Positions 1-10,510 of a stretch of DNA of 64,000 nucleotides are shown piece by piece. The notes beneath the pieces are model-generated. The model saw only the letters and a program-made list of their open reading frames with translations, ran no database searches and had not been told where the DNA came from. The translations under genes and the position numbers were made by a program. Positions within the stretch are counted from its first letter, which is position 1. Each line of letters opens with the position of its first letter. This DNA is from Desulfobacterales bacterium (GTDB taxonomy: Bacteria; Desulfobacterota; Desulfobacteria; Desulfobacterales; UBA5852): positions 64,001 to 128,000 of the forward strand of contig CAXXVS010000002.1 of NCBI GenBank assembly GCA_963674755.2. The letters run 5' to 3'.

Positions 1-610
1 CTAAGATATGCAACTGCCCCCATTGGGACGGATACACGAATACATGACTCAGAATCATCCCGCCAAAGACGAATCCCTTGACAAGCGTCTCCGGTTTGAA
101 TACCGGTCGCCCCTGGCTGGTCTGGCGAAACACAGCCAGCCACCAGACCTTCGCATTCAGTCTCGAATGAAGCCAAAAGCCGGCGACAATGCCGAGGATG
201 CTGGTGAAGGAGAGAAGATTGGCATAGAACAACTCGACCTCGTCGATGGTAAACCTACCTACCGCCAGCTGTTTTTGGGTTGCTATATTGCCAAAAACAC
301 CCACCAGCGGCCCAAACCCGAAGAATAGCGCCGATGAGACCAGGAACCAAAAAGCAGGAGACCAGAGTGCGGCCGGCAAGAGGCGCGCAACACGATAGCC
401 CGAGAATAGGGTTACCGCGATCAGGTAGAGTGGCGCGCTGGCGTTGAATAGGGTGGCAACCTCCTTGTCCGGGGGTGCTAGGGCGGCGCCTGCCATCACA
501 AGCGGCACGAGCAGGATAAAGGTGGTGGCATAGATGCCGGCGACCGGGTTCCTAAGCGAACGCCGGGCGTGAAAGCGCTGGTTGATCTGCCCAAGCGTTA
601 TCGGTAGCAT
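1..610 (-). CDS. Polytopic membrane protein of the glycan cluster, possibly O-antigen/EPS polymerase (Wzy-like); runs off the window edge
   Basis: Not in the ORF track because it has no stop inside the window. Manual translation from ATG 610 gives MLPITLGQINQRFHARRSLRNPVAGIYATTFILLVPLVMAGAAL..., open to position 1, with several hydrophobic segments. Lies directly downstream of the sulfotransferase. Confidence 0.6.
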   Translation of the reverse strand, partial: MLPITLGQINQRFHARRSLRNPVAGIYATTFILLVPLVMAGAALAPPDKEVATLFNASAPLYLIAVTLFSGYRVARLLPAALWSPAFWFLVSSALFFGFGPLVGVFGNIATQKQLAVGRFTIDEVELFYANLLSFTSILGIVAGFWLHSRLNAKVWWLAVFRQTSQGRPVFKPETLVKGFVFGGMILSHVFVYPSQWGQLHIL

Positions 611-628
611 GGTAGGCTCCACCGGAAC

Positions 629-1576
629 TTAATATTGCTCAGGTAGGTCGGTAAGCTTACGCTCATCGAGATACCGTTCCGCCAATGCAATGTCATCTGC
701 CAGAAACGCGTAAAGCTGCCTCCGAGTGACATCAGACACCTCGCTCACATAGGCACTCTTAACCCTGTTGAAACGGTTGACGGTCTTCAAAATCCCAAAA
801 CCTCGTCCGCCTCTTAATCGGCGCAATGGATCCAACACGGGATCCGCGAGCCGGTACACTTGCAACGCCAATCGGTTCACCAAAGGGCTTGCCAGTCCGC
901 TACGCGGATTAGATACGCCGAAATCGCTACGGCCATCGTCAGGCAAGCTCAAAAAATCCAATATCTTTACATAGACCGCGCGGGGCGCGTCGCGCAGTTC
1001 ACGCAGGTGGACCACAAGAACCTGATCGCGCTCAAACAGAGCAAACAAACGATCAAGCCGCGCGCCGAGATGGGCCCAAAAGACATAATTGAGATCACCT
1101 GGCCGGGATCGCGCCGTTTCAGGTGTCGTCTCAGCAAGCTCACGCAACCAGGCCTTTGCGAAATCCGTTTCCCGCTCCCATCCTTCACGGACCTTCTGGC
1201 TATGCAGGGAAACTGCAAGGTCAACAGGGTCGCGCACGCACACGATAATACGCGGCCGCTTGCTAAGGCACCGAATTTCCCGTAAAGCCAAATCGGAATG
1301 CAAGTATTTCGGAGTCGCATCGCCTTTCGATTTGCCGACCGCAAAGGATCCGGAAAAGAGTCCGCAATAGGCTTCGAGGTCAGGGATGTGTCCACTTAGT
1401 TCTGCGGTTGGAAAGATATCCTGTGAAAAGAAACAAAGCTCTTTTCTCGGCATGAATACCGAGTCGTGCTGGCTGAGCCAATCATAAAGCGTTGTCGTTC
1501 CGCATTTAGGTGCGCCGACAATGAAAAAATCGGGAAAAGCCGCTTCTGAAATGCTATTCATTGACCGAATTGTCAC
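629..1576 (-). CDS. PAPS-dependent sulfotransferase
   Basis: 5'-PSB motif PDFFIVGAPKCGTTTLY, GDATPKY, and 3'-PB-like VRDPVDLAVS. Confidence 0.9.
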   Translation of the reverse strand: MTIRSMNSISEAAFPDFFIVGAPKCGTTTLYDWLSQHDSVFMPRKELCFFSQDIFPTAELSGHIPDLEAYCGLFSGSFAVGKSKGDATPKYLHSDLALREIRCLSKRPRIIVCVRDPVDLAVSLHSQKVREGWERETDFAKAWLRELAETTPETARSRPGDLNYVFWAHLGARLDRLFALFERDQVLVVHLRELRDAPRAVYVKILDFLSLPDDGRSDFGVSNPRSGLASPLVNRLALQVYRLADPVLDPLRRLRGGRGFGILKTVNRFNRVKSAYVSEVSDVTRRQLYAFLADDIALAERYLDERKLTDLPEQY

Positions 1577-1719
1577 CGACTTGGTAGCTGCTGAAATTCA
1601 CCATGTTTCACTCGCTTGGTCCAGTCTGTCAGCAATACAACCTTGACATAGTTGATGCCCAAATTCGTGCATGACTCGCACGTCATGTTGATACAGCAAT
1701 TCAATCATGTTCATCGTAT

Positions 1720-3117
1720 TTATTCTGATTTAGCATCAACTCGTTGTGCCTGCCACCTAGGAGCAAAGAGATCCCCTCGAAAACCTACCAGTTTTATTGT
1801 TCTATTCCAAAGAAATGTTTGAATGAAGATAGTCGTAACCACAGTTGCAACCGCAGCACCATTTGGTCCGTATAAAGGAATCAAGATGATATTTAAAATC
1901 GCGTTCAATATGGCTGAAAAACTGAGGGAAAAAGCGGTAGTTCTTTCGTTTCCACTCATATTGAGAAGGACGACTACGGCACCAACACCTGTATTGTACA
2001 GATATCCTACAGCGACAATCATTGCGACAGTATAAGCAGCGGCGAATTCTTCGCTAAACAAAATCGAGATTAGATTAGGTCCGGCGAGCCAGATCACGAT
2101 GAGCAGGGCCGCCGAAGGAAGAAACGATAATCGACAGGCCTTGACCATCAGTTCTTGAACCCGAGCCTTGTCGCCACTAGCGTAGAACCGTGCGATGCGC
2201 GGTGCGATCGAGGCATTAAGCAACGCCTGGGTCACCATCAGTAGCCCAGCAACCTTTGTTCCTACATCGTAGACAGCGACACTCGCAGAACCGGTAATTA
2301 GGCCAAGCATCGCGATATCGAGCCGGCTGTTAATCATGGCCGCGCCCGACTGCAGGGTCATGGGCCACAGGCTGTGGAGCCAAGCGCGCGTCTCGAACAA
2401 CGGGGACTGCGCGCCTTTAACGTCGATCGCTGTAAGACAGTGTGAAGCCATGGACCAGGAAAGTACTGTGGCCACCCCAGCGGCGATGACATGGAGCGTC
2501 ATCACTGTGCTCGAATTGAGGCCCAGAAGCATTGCCGCGCCGGCGACAAGCGCGAGAAACAGCAGCGGACGCGCAAAGGTGTCTGGAACATTGGCCAAAA
2601 CAACATTCTCGAAACCCGAGATGATCGCGCGATAGAGCGATAGCAGCCCAAGTAGGCAAAGCAAAACAAAAGCCGGAACGATGATACCAACCAACATCTT
2701 GGTCGGCCATCGGCCCATTGTGTCCAAAGCGATCCATGCCCCAAATCCAATAACTCCGATAGTAAGCGCGCCAAGACCCACAAATCGGAAACTCCACCGG
2801 ATGATCCCCTTGAGGTGCCGGGTATCTCCGTTACTACGATAGATGGCCACTTGTCGCATGACCAGGGTCGGCAATCCCATCTGTAGCGGCATGCCAAGAA
2901 TAAAGACCCAGCCGAGCGCGAAGGTGTAGACTCCATAACCCTCCGTGCCGAGCACCCGTGCCAGCAACACGGTGGATGCGAGGCCGATCGCCATACTGAT
3001 GGCACGCATACCGCCCATGCCCATGCCGCTGCGCAAGAGCCACGAGGTTTCTCCGTGCGAGTTACCAGTTTTCAGGAATGCGCCAATCATAGACAGCAAG
3101 TCCGCATTGCCAAACAC
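1720..3117 (-). CDS. wzx: Oligosaccharide flippase (Wzx/MurJ-like polysaccharide exporter)
   Basis: LARVLGTEGYGVY, RLDIAMLG and LNIILIPLYGPNGAAVAT motifs; many transmembrane segments. Confidence 0.85.
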   Translation of the reverse strand: MFGNADLLSMIGAFLKTGNSHGETSWLLRSGMGMGGMRAISMAIGLASTVLLARVLGTEGYGVYTFALGWVFILGMPLQMGLPTLVMRQVAIYRSNGDTRHLKGIIRWSFRFVGLGALTIGVIGFGAWIALDTMGRWPTKMLVGIIVPAFVLLCLLGLLSLYRAIISGFENVVLANVPDTFARPLLFLALVAGAAMLLGLNSSTVMTLHVIAAGVATVLSWSMASHCLTAIDVKGAQSPLFETRAWLHSLWPMTLQSGAAMINSRLDIAMLGLITGSASVAVYDVGTKVAGLLMVTQALLNASIAPRIARFYASGDKARVQELMVKACRLSFLPSAALLIVIWLAGPNLISILFSEEFAAAYTVAMIVAVGYLYNTGVGAVVVLLNMSGNERTTAFSLSFSAILNAILNIILIPLYGPNGAAVATVVTTIFIQTFLWNRTIKLVGFRGDLFAPRWQAQRVDAKSE

Positions 3118-3149
3118 AGGTTCGCAGTCACGTAGCGTTCCAAAACACT

Positions 3150-4286
3150 TTACCCACGAACTGCACCTAACTCAATAGACCCTGCAGTCGCCGATATTGA
3201 TCGCAATTCTCGGTATTTCGAAATCAACTGATCGGCCCTATGGTCATAGGAACAATCGGATAGCAGCATCCTCCGCCGTCCGGCTTCAGCAATGGACGCT
3301 CTTTCCTTATCGTGTAATAGGAAATACTGAATTTTGTTAATCATATCATCCTGATCGACGAAAAACGCACATTCCTCGCCATCGGCGAAATAATGCGTTG
3401 CAAGCTCATTTCGCTCGTGCAACATGAAACCGCCAGTCGCTGGAATCTCGAAAGTGCGCGCGGTGATGAGATCCCCCGCTGGCGCCCATGGCGTTCCCTC
3501 GAAAAGCAGACCAAGATTGATTTTCGCTCCCAGAATGGCCTTTGCATATTCCTGTCCCCAGACAGGGGTATCCTGGTAAACAGACCGAACTCGCGGGCGG
3601 GACCTGCTCCAGCCATTGGGACCCCAGATCTTCACGGAAATTTCCGGCAGCGCCTCCAACAAATGAGCAATTTCCCCTTCCTTCTTTCTCGAAATATTTC
3701 CAATGAAAACAACGTCACAACCGTAGCGCGAATGATCCAGTTCCGTCAGCGTGACAGGAACGTGCACCTCTGGATCGTAGGCGTGACTCACAAAGGTAAT
3801 ATTGGTATAAGCATATCGTTCCCGGAGAAAATCCATGTGCGCAGGCTTTGTCGTGAATACCCAATCATAAAGCGTGATCGCTTTGGCAGCTTGCCCATCG
3901 AAGCCCGTATCAGGATAAAAATTGATTGATACCGCTCCGCTTGCGCGCAGCGTCCGCAGTGTCTCTGGCGTAACGCTATCACCCTTAAATGCGAAGAAAA
4001 GGTCCGGTTCAAAGCCGCGCATGGCAGCAATCAGAGCGCGGTTATACTCGGTAATCATAGCGGGCGCCATGAGACGCCGCACGGCTCGCAACCAACGGGT
4101 CTCCCAACGTGGAAGGTGACTTTCCGGCGGCACAACAAGTACTGAATGACCGGCTCGCCTTAACGCACGGATAAAGCTGTAATCGTTCCCACCATGGCGG
4201 ATGTTACAAGCCGCAAGAATCCGTAAGGGTCCTATATTCGAGCACTCTTCGAGTACGTTGGCTTGTGTTGCTTTGCTTAGTTCCAT
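3150..4286 (-). CDS. Glycosyltransferase (CgeB / Glyco_trans_1_2-like)
   Basis: DVVFIG, AKINLG, RTFEIPATGGFML and IAEAGRRR motifs. Confidence 0.85.
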   Translation of the reverse strand: MELSKATQANVLEECSNIGPLRILAACNIRHGGNDYSFIRALRRAGHSVLVVPPESHLPRWETRWLRAVRRLMAPAMITEYNRALIAAMRGFEPDLFFAFKGDSVTPETLRTLRASGAVSINFYPDTGFDGQAAKAITLYDWVFTTKPAHMDFLRERYAYTNITFVSHAYDPEVHVPVTLTELDHSRYGCDVVFIGNISRKKEGEIAHLLEALPEISVKIWGPNGWSRSRPRVRSVYQDTPVWGQEYAKAILGAKINLGLLFEGTPWAPAGDLITARTFEIPATGGFMLHERNELATHYFADGEECAFFVDQDDMINKIQYFLLHDKERASIAEAGRRRMLLSDCSYDHRADQLISKYRELRSISATAGSIELGAVRG

Positions 4287-4864
4287 CCCACATGATCCAT
4301 GAGTGGCGATGCCTCACGAACGAAAACAAGATCCATTTGCGTCAGTGTTCTGTCGTAAGGCCTCTGGACGTAGCTATCAATGTCGTAGATGCAAAAGCCG
4401 AGACCACCGAGAAATGCGATGACTTCTTGAGCAAGTGGATTTCCTTCATAGATGCGTTGCGTAGAGACCTCCACAAGGATAATCGTAGTAAATTCAAGCG
4501 TGTGTCCTGCCCCCCCCCCCCCCCCCCCCCCCGCGCGCAGGACTTCGCGCTCATGGCCCTGCACGTCCAGCTTGAGAAGCACACACGGCACGTCAGAGAG
4601 CTCCGTAAGCACCTCACGTAGTACATCATCACATGTCCGAACAGGCACCATGACTGGAGAGCCAACAAACGTTGGACTTTTTAGAAAAACGGAAACCGGT
4701 CTTTTTCAGTCTCTCAACACAGAGTGCGGTTTTCAGCCCTTCACTGAGCAGAAGAGATGAAAAACAAGCAATAGTGAGGCATTCCTATATATCCAACTGT
4801 CGTATCCAAGTATGGCTCGAACCCAACCGCGCACGATTTCAGTGATGTTTATCTTCCGAATCAC
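4277..4864 (-). pseudogene. Disrupted FkbM-family methyltransferase
   Basis: The C-terminal part (4277-4651) has VRTCDDV, LLKLDVQGHEREVL, ILVEVS and QMDLVF. An SD (AAGGAG) plus GTG at 4864 opens a frame that stops at about 4733. The SAM-binding DVGAN-type segment is not found in any frame. A 23-nt G run (minus strand) lies at 4510-4532. Confidence 0.6.
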
Positions 4865-4894
4865 TCTATGCTCTTCTCCTTTAGAACACCATAT

Positions 4895-6163
4895 CTACCA
4901 TAGAGAGAACACGCTCATACCTCGCCCACGCTTGGTACAAGTATCAACGCAGACATGACGCCCATCATACGACCACTTTGGATGCAAGTCGGCACGATAA
5001 CCGGTCGCCCGTACCGCGGAATCACTCGCAATTATTACTTCATCCAGAGGCTTGCGCTGCTCGACATCAAACAGGTAGAGGCGACAATTGCCTTCCTCGT
5101 CGGGGTATGTGTCGTTGATGATTGTAGTTGTGCTTCCCGGGCAAAATGTCGGATGTCCGTCCTCCGGCAGGATACTACGGTCTATTCGGTCGCGATCTCC
5201 GGTTTGGTCTGTAAATGACTGAAAACAGTCGCCGGTCACCTTGCGGGAAATCGCACCTCCAGGCGGGAACAATTTATGGTAAAGGGGAAGAAGTGGCTTT
5301 ATAAGGTTTTTGGCAATAGTCTTTTGTCCACGCAGTTTATTGAGCGTGGTACTGGTCCCGCCGTATCCGAACACGGTTCGATCGTCCCGCCAGCAGTAAT
5401 GACTCATACGTCCACTGTCGTTCAGCATGAACAGATTACGACCATCCGTGTCGGCGGTCAGCATGCGCGCATAGATACCCCCATCGACATTTAGCCAGCG
5501 GTGCAGGAAGACGAAACGGGAGTTGGCAGGATTGATCATCATATGCTCGAGATAATGAACTCCCGCATACATCGAGCTGACTCGCCCAATTTTCATCACA
5601 TCGCCGATAGCGATAATGCGCTCGAACGAGCCGTCGGCAAGTGACATCCTCCAGATACCATCCTCGGGATCGAACGGCTTCTTTTTCTCCAGGCGCGGTG
5701 TGCCTTGATAGTTATATCCTGGGCGGTACCAGAATAACCGATCGTAGTCGATCGAGAGCGCGTACTGACCATCACTGGTGATGGTGTAGGCTGGCATGGG
5801 CAGTACGGTTTCAGCGCCTGTCGCAATATCAAGCACAATTGCTCGGTAGTGGCCATCGCGGATGTCATTGTAGAGGACCCGACTACTAAAATCCGGTCCG
5901 AGCCACTGCAGCATCGAACCTTGCTGCCAGTTCCAGGAGCGCGTTTCGGCAATCGGCGTGAAGTCTCGGCCACCTGGAAATTCGAAGTATCCGATCGCGA
6001 TTGCCTCTCCAGCCTCGGGCATGCGGTTGATGAACGGCGTACGTTGCGCAAGTAGACGGTTGTTGTCGGCATTCAGGGGCGATTTGTCGTAGTAGCCAAA
6101 AAAATAATCGCCATCAGGAGGAGTTTCGTAGATCTGGTTTAACGTAATTGGAGTAGCGCTCAT
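4895..6163 (-). CDS. Conserved beta-propeller protein of polysaccharide clusters (TolB/oligogalacturonate-lyase-like)
   Basis: YFFGYYDKSP, WNWQQGSMLQW, DGHPT and DLHPKWS motifs; 4-nt overlap with the upstream glycosyltransferase. Confidence 0.65.
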   Translation of the reverse strand: MSATPITLNQIYETPPDGDYFFGYYDKSPLNADNNRLLAQRTPFINRMPEAGEAIAIGYFEFPGGRDFTPIAETRSWNWQQGSMLQWLGPDFSSRVLYNDIRDGHYRAIVLDIATGAETVLPMPAYTITSDGQYALSIDYDRLFWYRPGYNYQGTPRLEKKKPFDPEDGIWRMSLADGSFERIIAIGDVMKIGRVSSMYAGVHYLEHMMINPANSRFVFLHRWLNVDGGIYARMLTADTDGRNLFMLNDSGRMSHYCWRDDRTVFGYGGTSTTLNKLRGQKTIAKNLIKPLLPLYHKLFPPGGAISRKVTGDCFQSFTDQTGDRDRIDRSILPEDGHPTFCPGSTTTIINDTYPDEEGNCRLYLFDVEQRKPLDEVIIASDSAVRATGYRADLHPKWSYDGRHVCVDTCTKRGRGMSVFSLW

Positions 6164-7428
6164 CGCAGTTGTCCGGTTTCTTGTCGACTATCGCGTCCCG
6201 CAGCCCCTTCAACGGCACGGCCATTCAGCGCGAACCTGCAAGCCTCTTCCAATCCTGATGCGTTGGCTGCAAAAGAAAAGCGTGCTACATGCTTGTGCGC
6301 TGCTGTGGCGATACGCTTCCTCAGTTCGGAATCTTTTAGGAGTTTTAAATGCCCGGCAACCGTATCGACGCCTCCAACAGGGACGCGAAAACCGGTTTCT
6401 CCCTCAATAACAAGATCTCGGGATGTCCCGATTATTTCTGACACGATGACAGCGTTTGAAAAATTCATCGCTTCGTTCAATGCTTTTGGCGATGGATCAT
6501 ATTCGGAAAGGAGACAAAAAATGTCTGAAATAGAGTAGTAACGGCTGATCTCGGATTGGTTGACGAATCCGAGATGCACAGTGTGGATTTCATGGGCTTT
6601 TGCGACCGAAAGTAATTCGTCGCGTTGAGGACCGTCCCCCATAATGAGAAATGTAAAGGATTTCGGTCCAGCCCTCCGAATTGCTTCGAGCACATCCCCG
6701 GGCCGTTTTCTGCCAGTCAGACGCCCACAAAAAAGCACAACCAGGTTGTCTTCCGGGATGCCGAGTTCTGCTTTGGTCTGCAATTTTTTTGGGCGGTAGA
6801 TATCGTCCTGGGTGCGGAAAAAATCGTTATCTACAGCACATAGAAAGGGAAAGAGTTGTTCTGCACAAAGACCATGGTGAATCAAGAATTCCTTATTGCC
6901 TGAGCAGGTGTACATTACGGCATCACACCTTCGTAAAAACGCTTTAACCATCGCATCCCGCATGAAGTTACGAACTGCACCCACAAGTTGACCAGGTTTG
7001 AGCGTTACCTCGCCGCGCCAAATGACTTTGATACCAAGGTGGCGCGCCGAAAAAAGCGCAATCCAAAAAGATAAAATCGAGTAACCCTGTATGAGGATCG
7101 CGTCAAATCGCCCACGCTTTAAAGCCGAGAATAGCCCAATGTTGATACGCGATCCGAAACCAGACTTATTGTTGAGGGCGTAGTTCGGTAGAAATTCATA
7201 GGCATGCCCGTCCAGCAACGGTATATCCCACTCGATTTTAGTTCCGAATTCTTTGTCGTAGACACCTTTAAGTCCGAGGGTGTCAAGATACAGCACTTTT
7301 CCGTCAAATGCCGGCAAACTGCAAATGTTACTGTACAACGGAGAGTGATACTGCACAGGGTGCATCGCAAGAATCGCCAAGCGAATGGGGCGAGCATCCT
7401 TTTCGTGCGCTATAGATTCATATGGCAA
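6160..7428 (-). CDS. GT4-family glycosyltransferase
   Basis: HPVQYHSP, VLFCGRL..RKRP, GDGP, GFVNQ and ALNEAM motifs. Confidence 0.9.
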   Translation of the reverse strand: MPYESIAHEKDARPIRLAILAMHPVQYHSPLYSNICSLPAFDGKVLYLDTLGLKGVYDKEFGTKIEWDIPLLDGHAYEFLPNYALNNKSGFGSRINIGLFSALKRGRFDAILIQGYSILSFWIALFSARHLGIKVIWRGEVTLKPGQLVGAVRNFMRDAMVKAFLRRCDAVMYTCSGNKEFLIHHGLCAEQLFPFLCAVDNDFFRTQDDIYRPKKLQTKAELGIPEDNLVVLFCGRLTGRKRPGDVLEAIRRAGPKSFTFLIMGDGPQRDELLSVAKAHEIHTVHLGFVNQSEISRYYSISDIFCLLSEYDPSPKALNEAMNFSNAVIVSEIIGTSRDLVIEGETGFRVPVGGVDTVAGHLKLLKDSELRKRIATAAHKHVARFSFAANASGLEEACRFALNGRAVEGAAGRDSRQETGQLR

Positions 7429-7547
7429 GAGAGACTTTTCCTATAGAAAAAGAATGCGGCATGATTGAGTTGGAGGCGCTTGCTCTTAACAGGTTCTTCA
7501 AGAAAAACGATTGAAAAACGGCCAGTCTGTCACACACAAGGATTTTC

Positions 7548-9422
7548 CTACCACTCACCGGTTCCTGCATAGTTCCAAACAGAGTAAGCCCACCGCCTCG
7601 CCCATCGGCACTTTGGCTTTGCAAGTTTTTCAATCGTCTTCCAGGCTTGGGAGCGCTCGTCGGATTTCAGCCATTCAGCGATTGGAGTCGAGAAGCCCGT
7701 CTTTGCCCGATTGGTTACAGGTGCTGGCAGGGGTTGCACCGGTGCCGATGCGAGGAGCGATTTCCCCTTATTCTGCGCAAAACCGGAGACAAGTGCGGGG
7801 GATGTCTCTTCGAGAAGTATCTTGTCTACGAGTGGCACCCTGACCTCGAGCGAATGGGCCATGCTCGCCCAATCCGAATCGCGAAGCAACTGGTTCCGCA
7901 TGTAGAGCTCCGCTTCGAGTGCCGCGACTTTGCCGAATGGCGAGCGCGGCCCATCGCTTAATAAATCGGAGATCAGAGCAATCGGTTGTAACTCCCGTAG
8001 GCCGGCGGCAACGAACTCGGGCTCTAAAATAGCGTCGAGTTCGTCCGGCATGAAGACCCCTCTACGTACAAGATAAGCACCGGGATAGGTGCCGCCGTAG
8101 GTAAGTAGAGCGGCGATCTTCGGGTCGATGGCCTCGCCACTCAGCCGCTGCGCTCCCATGATCAGAGGCGCCAGCCAGGAGGTTCCGTCGTGGCGTATAC
8201 CCATTCGACCTAGAATGCTGACCGATCGTGGGACGTCGCGAAACGCTGGATAGCCGCCGAACAGTTCATCGCCACCCAGTCCGGAAATCGCCACCTTGAG
8301 TCCGAGTTCGTGTGCGGCCTTGCTGACGAACCAGGTGTTAAGGCCGTCGATGGTCGGCTGATCCATCGCGTCGAGTATTTTTGACAAATCTTCAAGGAAT
8401 TCTTTCCGAGAAACGCCTCTGCTCGTGTGACTGGCACCGTAACGACGGGCGATTTCCGCTGCCAGTGGTGCCTCGTCGTCATGTCTACCCTGAAATTCCT
8501 CGAAGTAGAGCGTTACGGTGTTGATTTCATGATCAGTCGCATCGCGCATCAAGCCAAGCAGGGCGCCAGAATCGATCCCCGCCGATAGAAACAGCCCCAC
8601 GGGGACGTCGGCCACCAGGTGATGGCGGACGCTGTCGGCGAGGCTGCGGCGGACCGTCTCGGTTACAAGCTCATCGTCCGGCTTTTCCCCTTTAGAAGCT
8701 GCTTCATTCGACCGAATTTCGGCCTGGGCAATTAAGTGACTGATCGAGCAATAGGGCATAATGCGCGGGTTGTCATTTGCCTCGACGATCATTGTTGTTC
8801 CTGCGGGCAATGCACGGATGGCGCGGCACCAGGTGAATGGCTCTGGTACCGAGCCGAACAAATAGAAACCGACGACGCCCGCCGGATCCACATCCTTCGC
8901 GATTTCTCCTCCGGCCAACAGCGACTTGACTTGGGATGCGAAGGTGATGCCTTTCGCGCTGTCGACGTAGTAGAGTGGCTTGATGCCGTAAGGATCGCGC
9001 GCGAGCATTAAGCGGCGTTTTTGGCGCTCGAATATCGCGAAGGCGAACATGCCTCGCAATCGCTCGACCATTGCGGGTCCATAAGCGTCGTAGAGATGCA
9101 ACAGGACTTCCGTGTCTGAGGTTGTTCTGAAGACATACCCACGCGCAATAAGGCCATCTCGGAGGATTTGGTAGTTATAGATTTCTCCATTGAATGTGAC
9201 GACCAGTCGCCCATCCGGCGTTTGCATCGGCTGTGATGCGCGCTCGGAAACATCGATGATCGAAAGCCGCCGATGCACAAAGCCGACGGACGCTTCCGTC
9301 TCTTCGATCCAAAGTCCATCACCGTCGGGCCCACGGCGGGACATGTGTTGCGAAATTGCCGCGAGTTCGATTTCGTTGACGCGTCCGCCCGCGTATCGGA
9401 ATTGACCACCGATCCCGCACAT
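7548..9422 (-). CDS. asnB: Asparagine synthase (glutamine-hydrolysing)-like amidotransferase, probably for sugar amidation
   Basis: N-terminal MCGIGG with catalytic Cys2; RGPD, HRRLSIID, FNGEIYN, LSAGIDS, SGLGGDELFGGY, SLEVRVP. Confidence 0.92.
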   Translation of the reverse strand: MCGIGGQFRYAGGRVNEIELAAISQHMSRRGPDGDGLWIEETEASVGFVHRRLSIIDVSERASQPMQTPDGRLVVTFNGEIYNYQILRDGLIARGYVFRTTSDTEVLLHLYDAYGPAMVERLRGMFAFAIFERQKRRLMLARDPYGIKPLYYVDSAKGITFASQVKSLLAGGEIAKDVDPAGVVGFYLFGSVPEPFTWCRAIRALPAGTTMIVEANDNPRIMPYCSISHLIAQAEIRSNEAASKGEKPDDELVTETVRRSLADSVRHHLVADVPVGLFLSAGIDSGALLGLMRDATDHEINTVTLYFEEFQGRHDDEAPLAAEIARRYGASHTSRGVSRKEFLEDLSKILDAMDQPTIDGLNTWFVSKAAHELGLKVAISGLGGDELFGGYPAFRDVPRSVSILGRMGIRHDGTSWLAPLIMGAQRLSGEAIDPKIAALLTYGGTYPGAYLVRRGVFMPDELDAILEPEFVAAGLRELQPIALISDLLSDGPRSPFGKVAALEAELYMRNQLLRDSDWASMAHSLEVRVPLVDKILLEETSPALVSGFAQNKGKSLLASAPVQPLPAPVTNRAKTGFSTPIAEWLKSDERSQAWKTIEKLAKPKCRWARRWAYSVWNYAGTGEW

Positions 9423-10510
9423 CAGCCAAGCACCTCAATCAATCGATTCTTGAATGCGCTGTACCGGAATTCCGCTTGCCAGCGTTCCTGGCCAGCGCGG
9501 CCCATATTGCTTGAGCGATCCGGGTTTCCCAGCAGGTCGATCAAGCGCTCTTCCAAAGCGTCTTTGCTGTTGAGGTCGATGTTGTAACCAGTGACTCCAT
9601 CAAGATTAACCTCTTGTCCGGCGTCGTGAACCGATGCAATAACGGGTATTCCATGACGCATTGCTTCGATATACACCAGCCCAAAACCTTCACCACGCGA
9701 GGGCATTGCAAAAACGTGTGCCTGTGACCATACTTGCGCTAACTCGGCCTCGCTCAAAAAGCCTTTGACATCGATATTCGTTGAGGCACTCGAATTTGCC
9801 GCATGCGTGATGATTGAGTCTTTCCCTGTTCCACTGCCGACAATGACGAGTCGGGCGTCTGGAACAGCAGAAACGATTTTTGGCCAGACCTCGATGATTT
9901 CGCGATGTCCCTTATACAGGTTACCGTCATCCATGCGCGCAACGATCAACGCGGTTGGTGGTCCGCTAAACGTTGCGGGCATTGAGGATGGTTTGTCCTC
10001 CTCGGTCCCCAACTGGCAGACTCGAGCCTGTTGTAGCGTACCATGCTTTTCTTCGAACCTGGCAAGCGTGTAGCTCGAGTTTGACAACACAAGGCCGGCG
10101 CGCCGTAGTACGTTTTTACGCTCCGTAGAAAGATCGCCCCAAACCTCAATTCCATGTATCCACACAACGTATGACCGTTTAAAACCCGGCAATCGCGGAT
10201 GGGCGCGTGCTGTGCCCAGAAAGTCGTAGATAAAACCGCCATGGGTTATTGCCGCCGCATGGCAATGTGCCAAAAAACGTACTTTACTTCCGTATGCCCT
10301 ACTCGCGACTCTACCAGCTACTTCAACCGGCGCCTCGTCGGATAAGGACAGAAGTGAAACATCCACCCCTGTCTCGATTAGCGCGCGCGCTGTGTTTCTC
10401 GCCACGCGGGCGATGCCACCCAGACCGGGGGTAAACAGTGCCGCAGCAACATGGATTTTCTGCGTGAGTGGTACGAATGCAGGGACGCTATTCACATTTT
10501 CACATTCCAT
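9422..10510 (-). CDS. GT4-family glycosyltransferase
   Basis: GGIARV, HGIEVW, YKGH and EGFGLVYIEAM motifs; TGATG overlap with asnB. Confidence 0.9.
   Translation of the reverse strand: MECENVNSVPAFVPLTQKIHVAAALFTPGLGGIARVARNTARALIETGVDVSLLSLSDEAPVEVAGRVASRAYGSKVRFLAHCHAAAITHGGFIYDFLGTARAHPRLPGFKRSYVVWIHGIEVWGDLSTERKNVLRRAGLVLSNSSYTLARFEEKHGTLQQARVCQLGTEEDKPSSMPATFSGPPTALIVARMDDGNLYKGHREIIEVWPKIVSAVPDARLVIVGSGTGKDSIITHAANSSASTNIDVKGFLSEAELAQVWSQAHVFAMPSRGEGFGLVYIEAMRHGIPVIASVHDAGQEVNLDGVTGYNIDLNSKDALEERLIDLLGNPDRSSNMGRAGQERWQAEFRYSAFKNRLIEVLG

Noticed and set aside
8..328. Plus-strand 106-aa ORF
   Set aside because: Antisense shadow of the membrane protein gene at 1-610 (minus).
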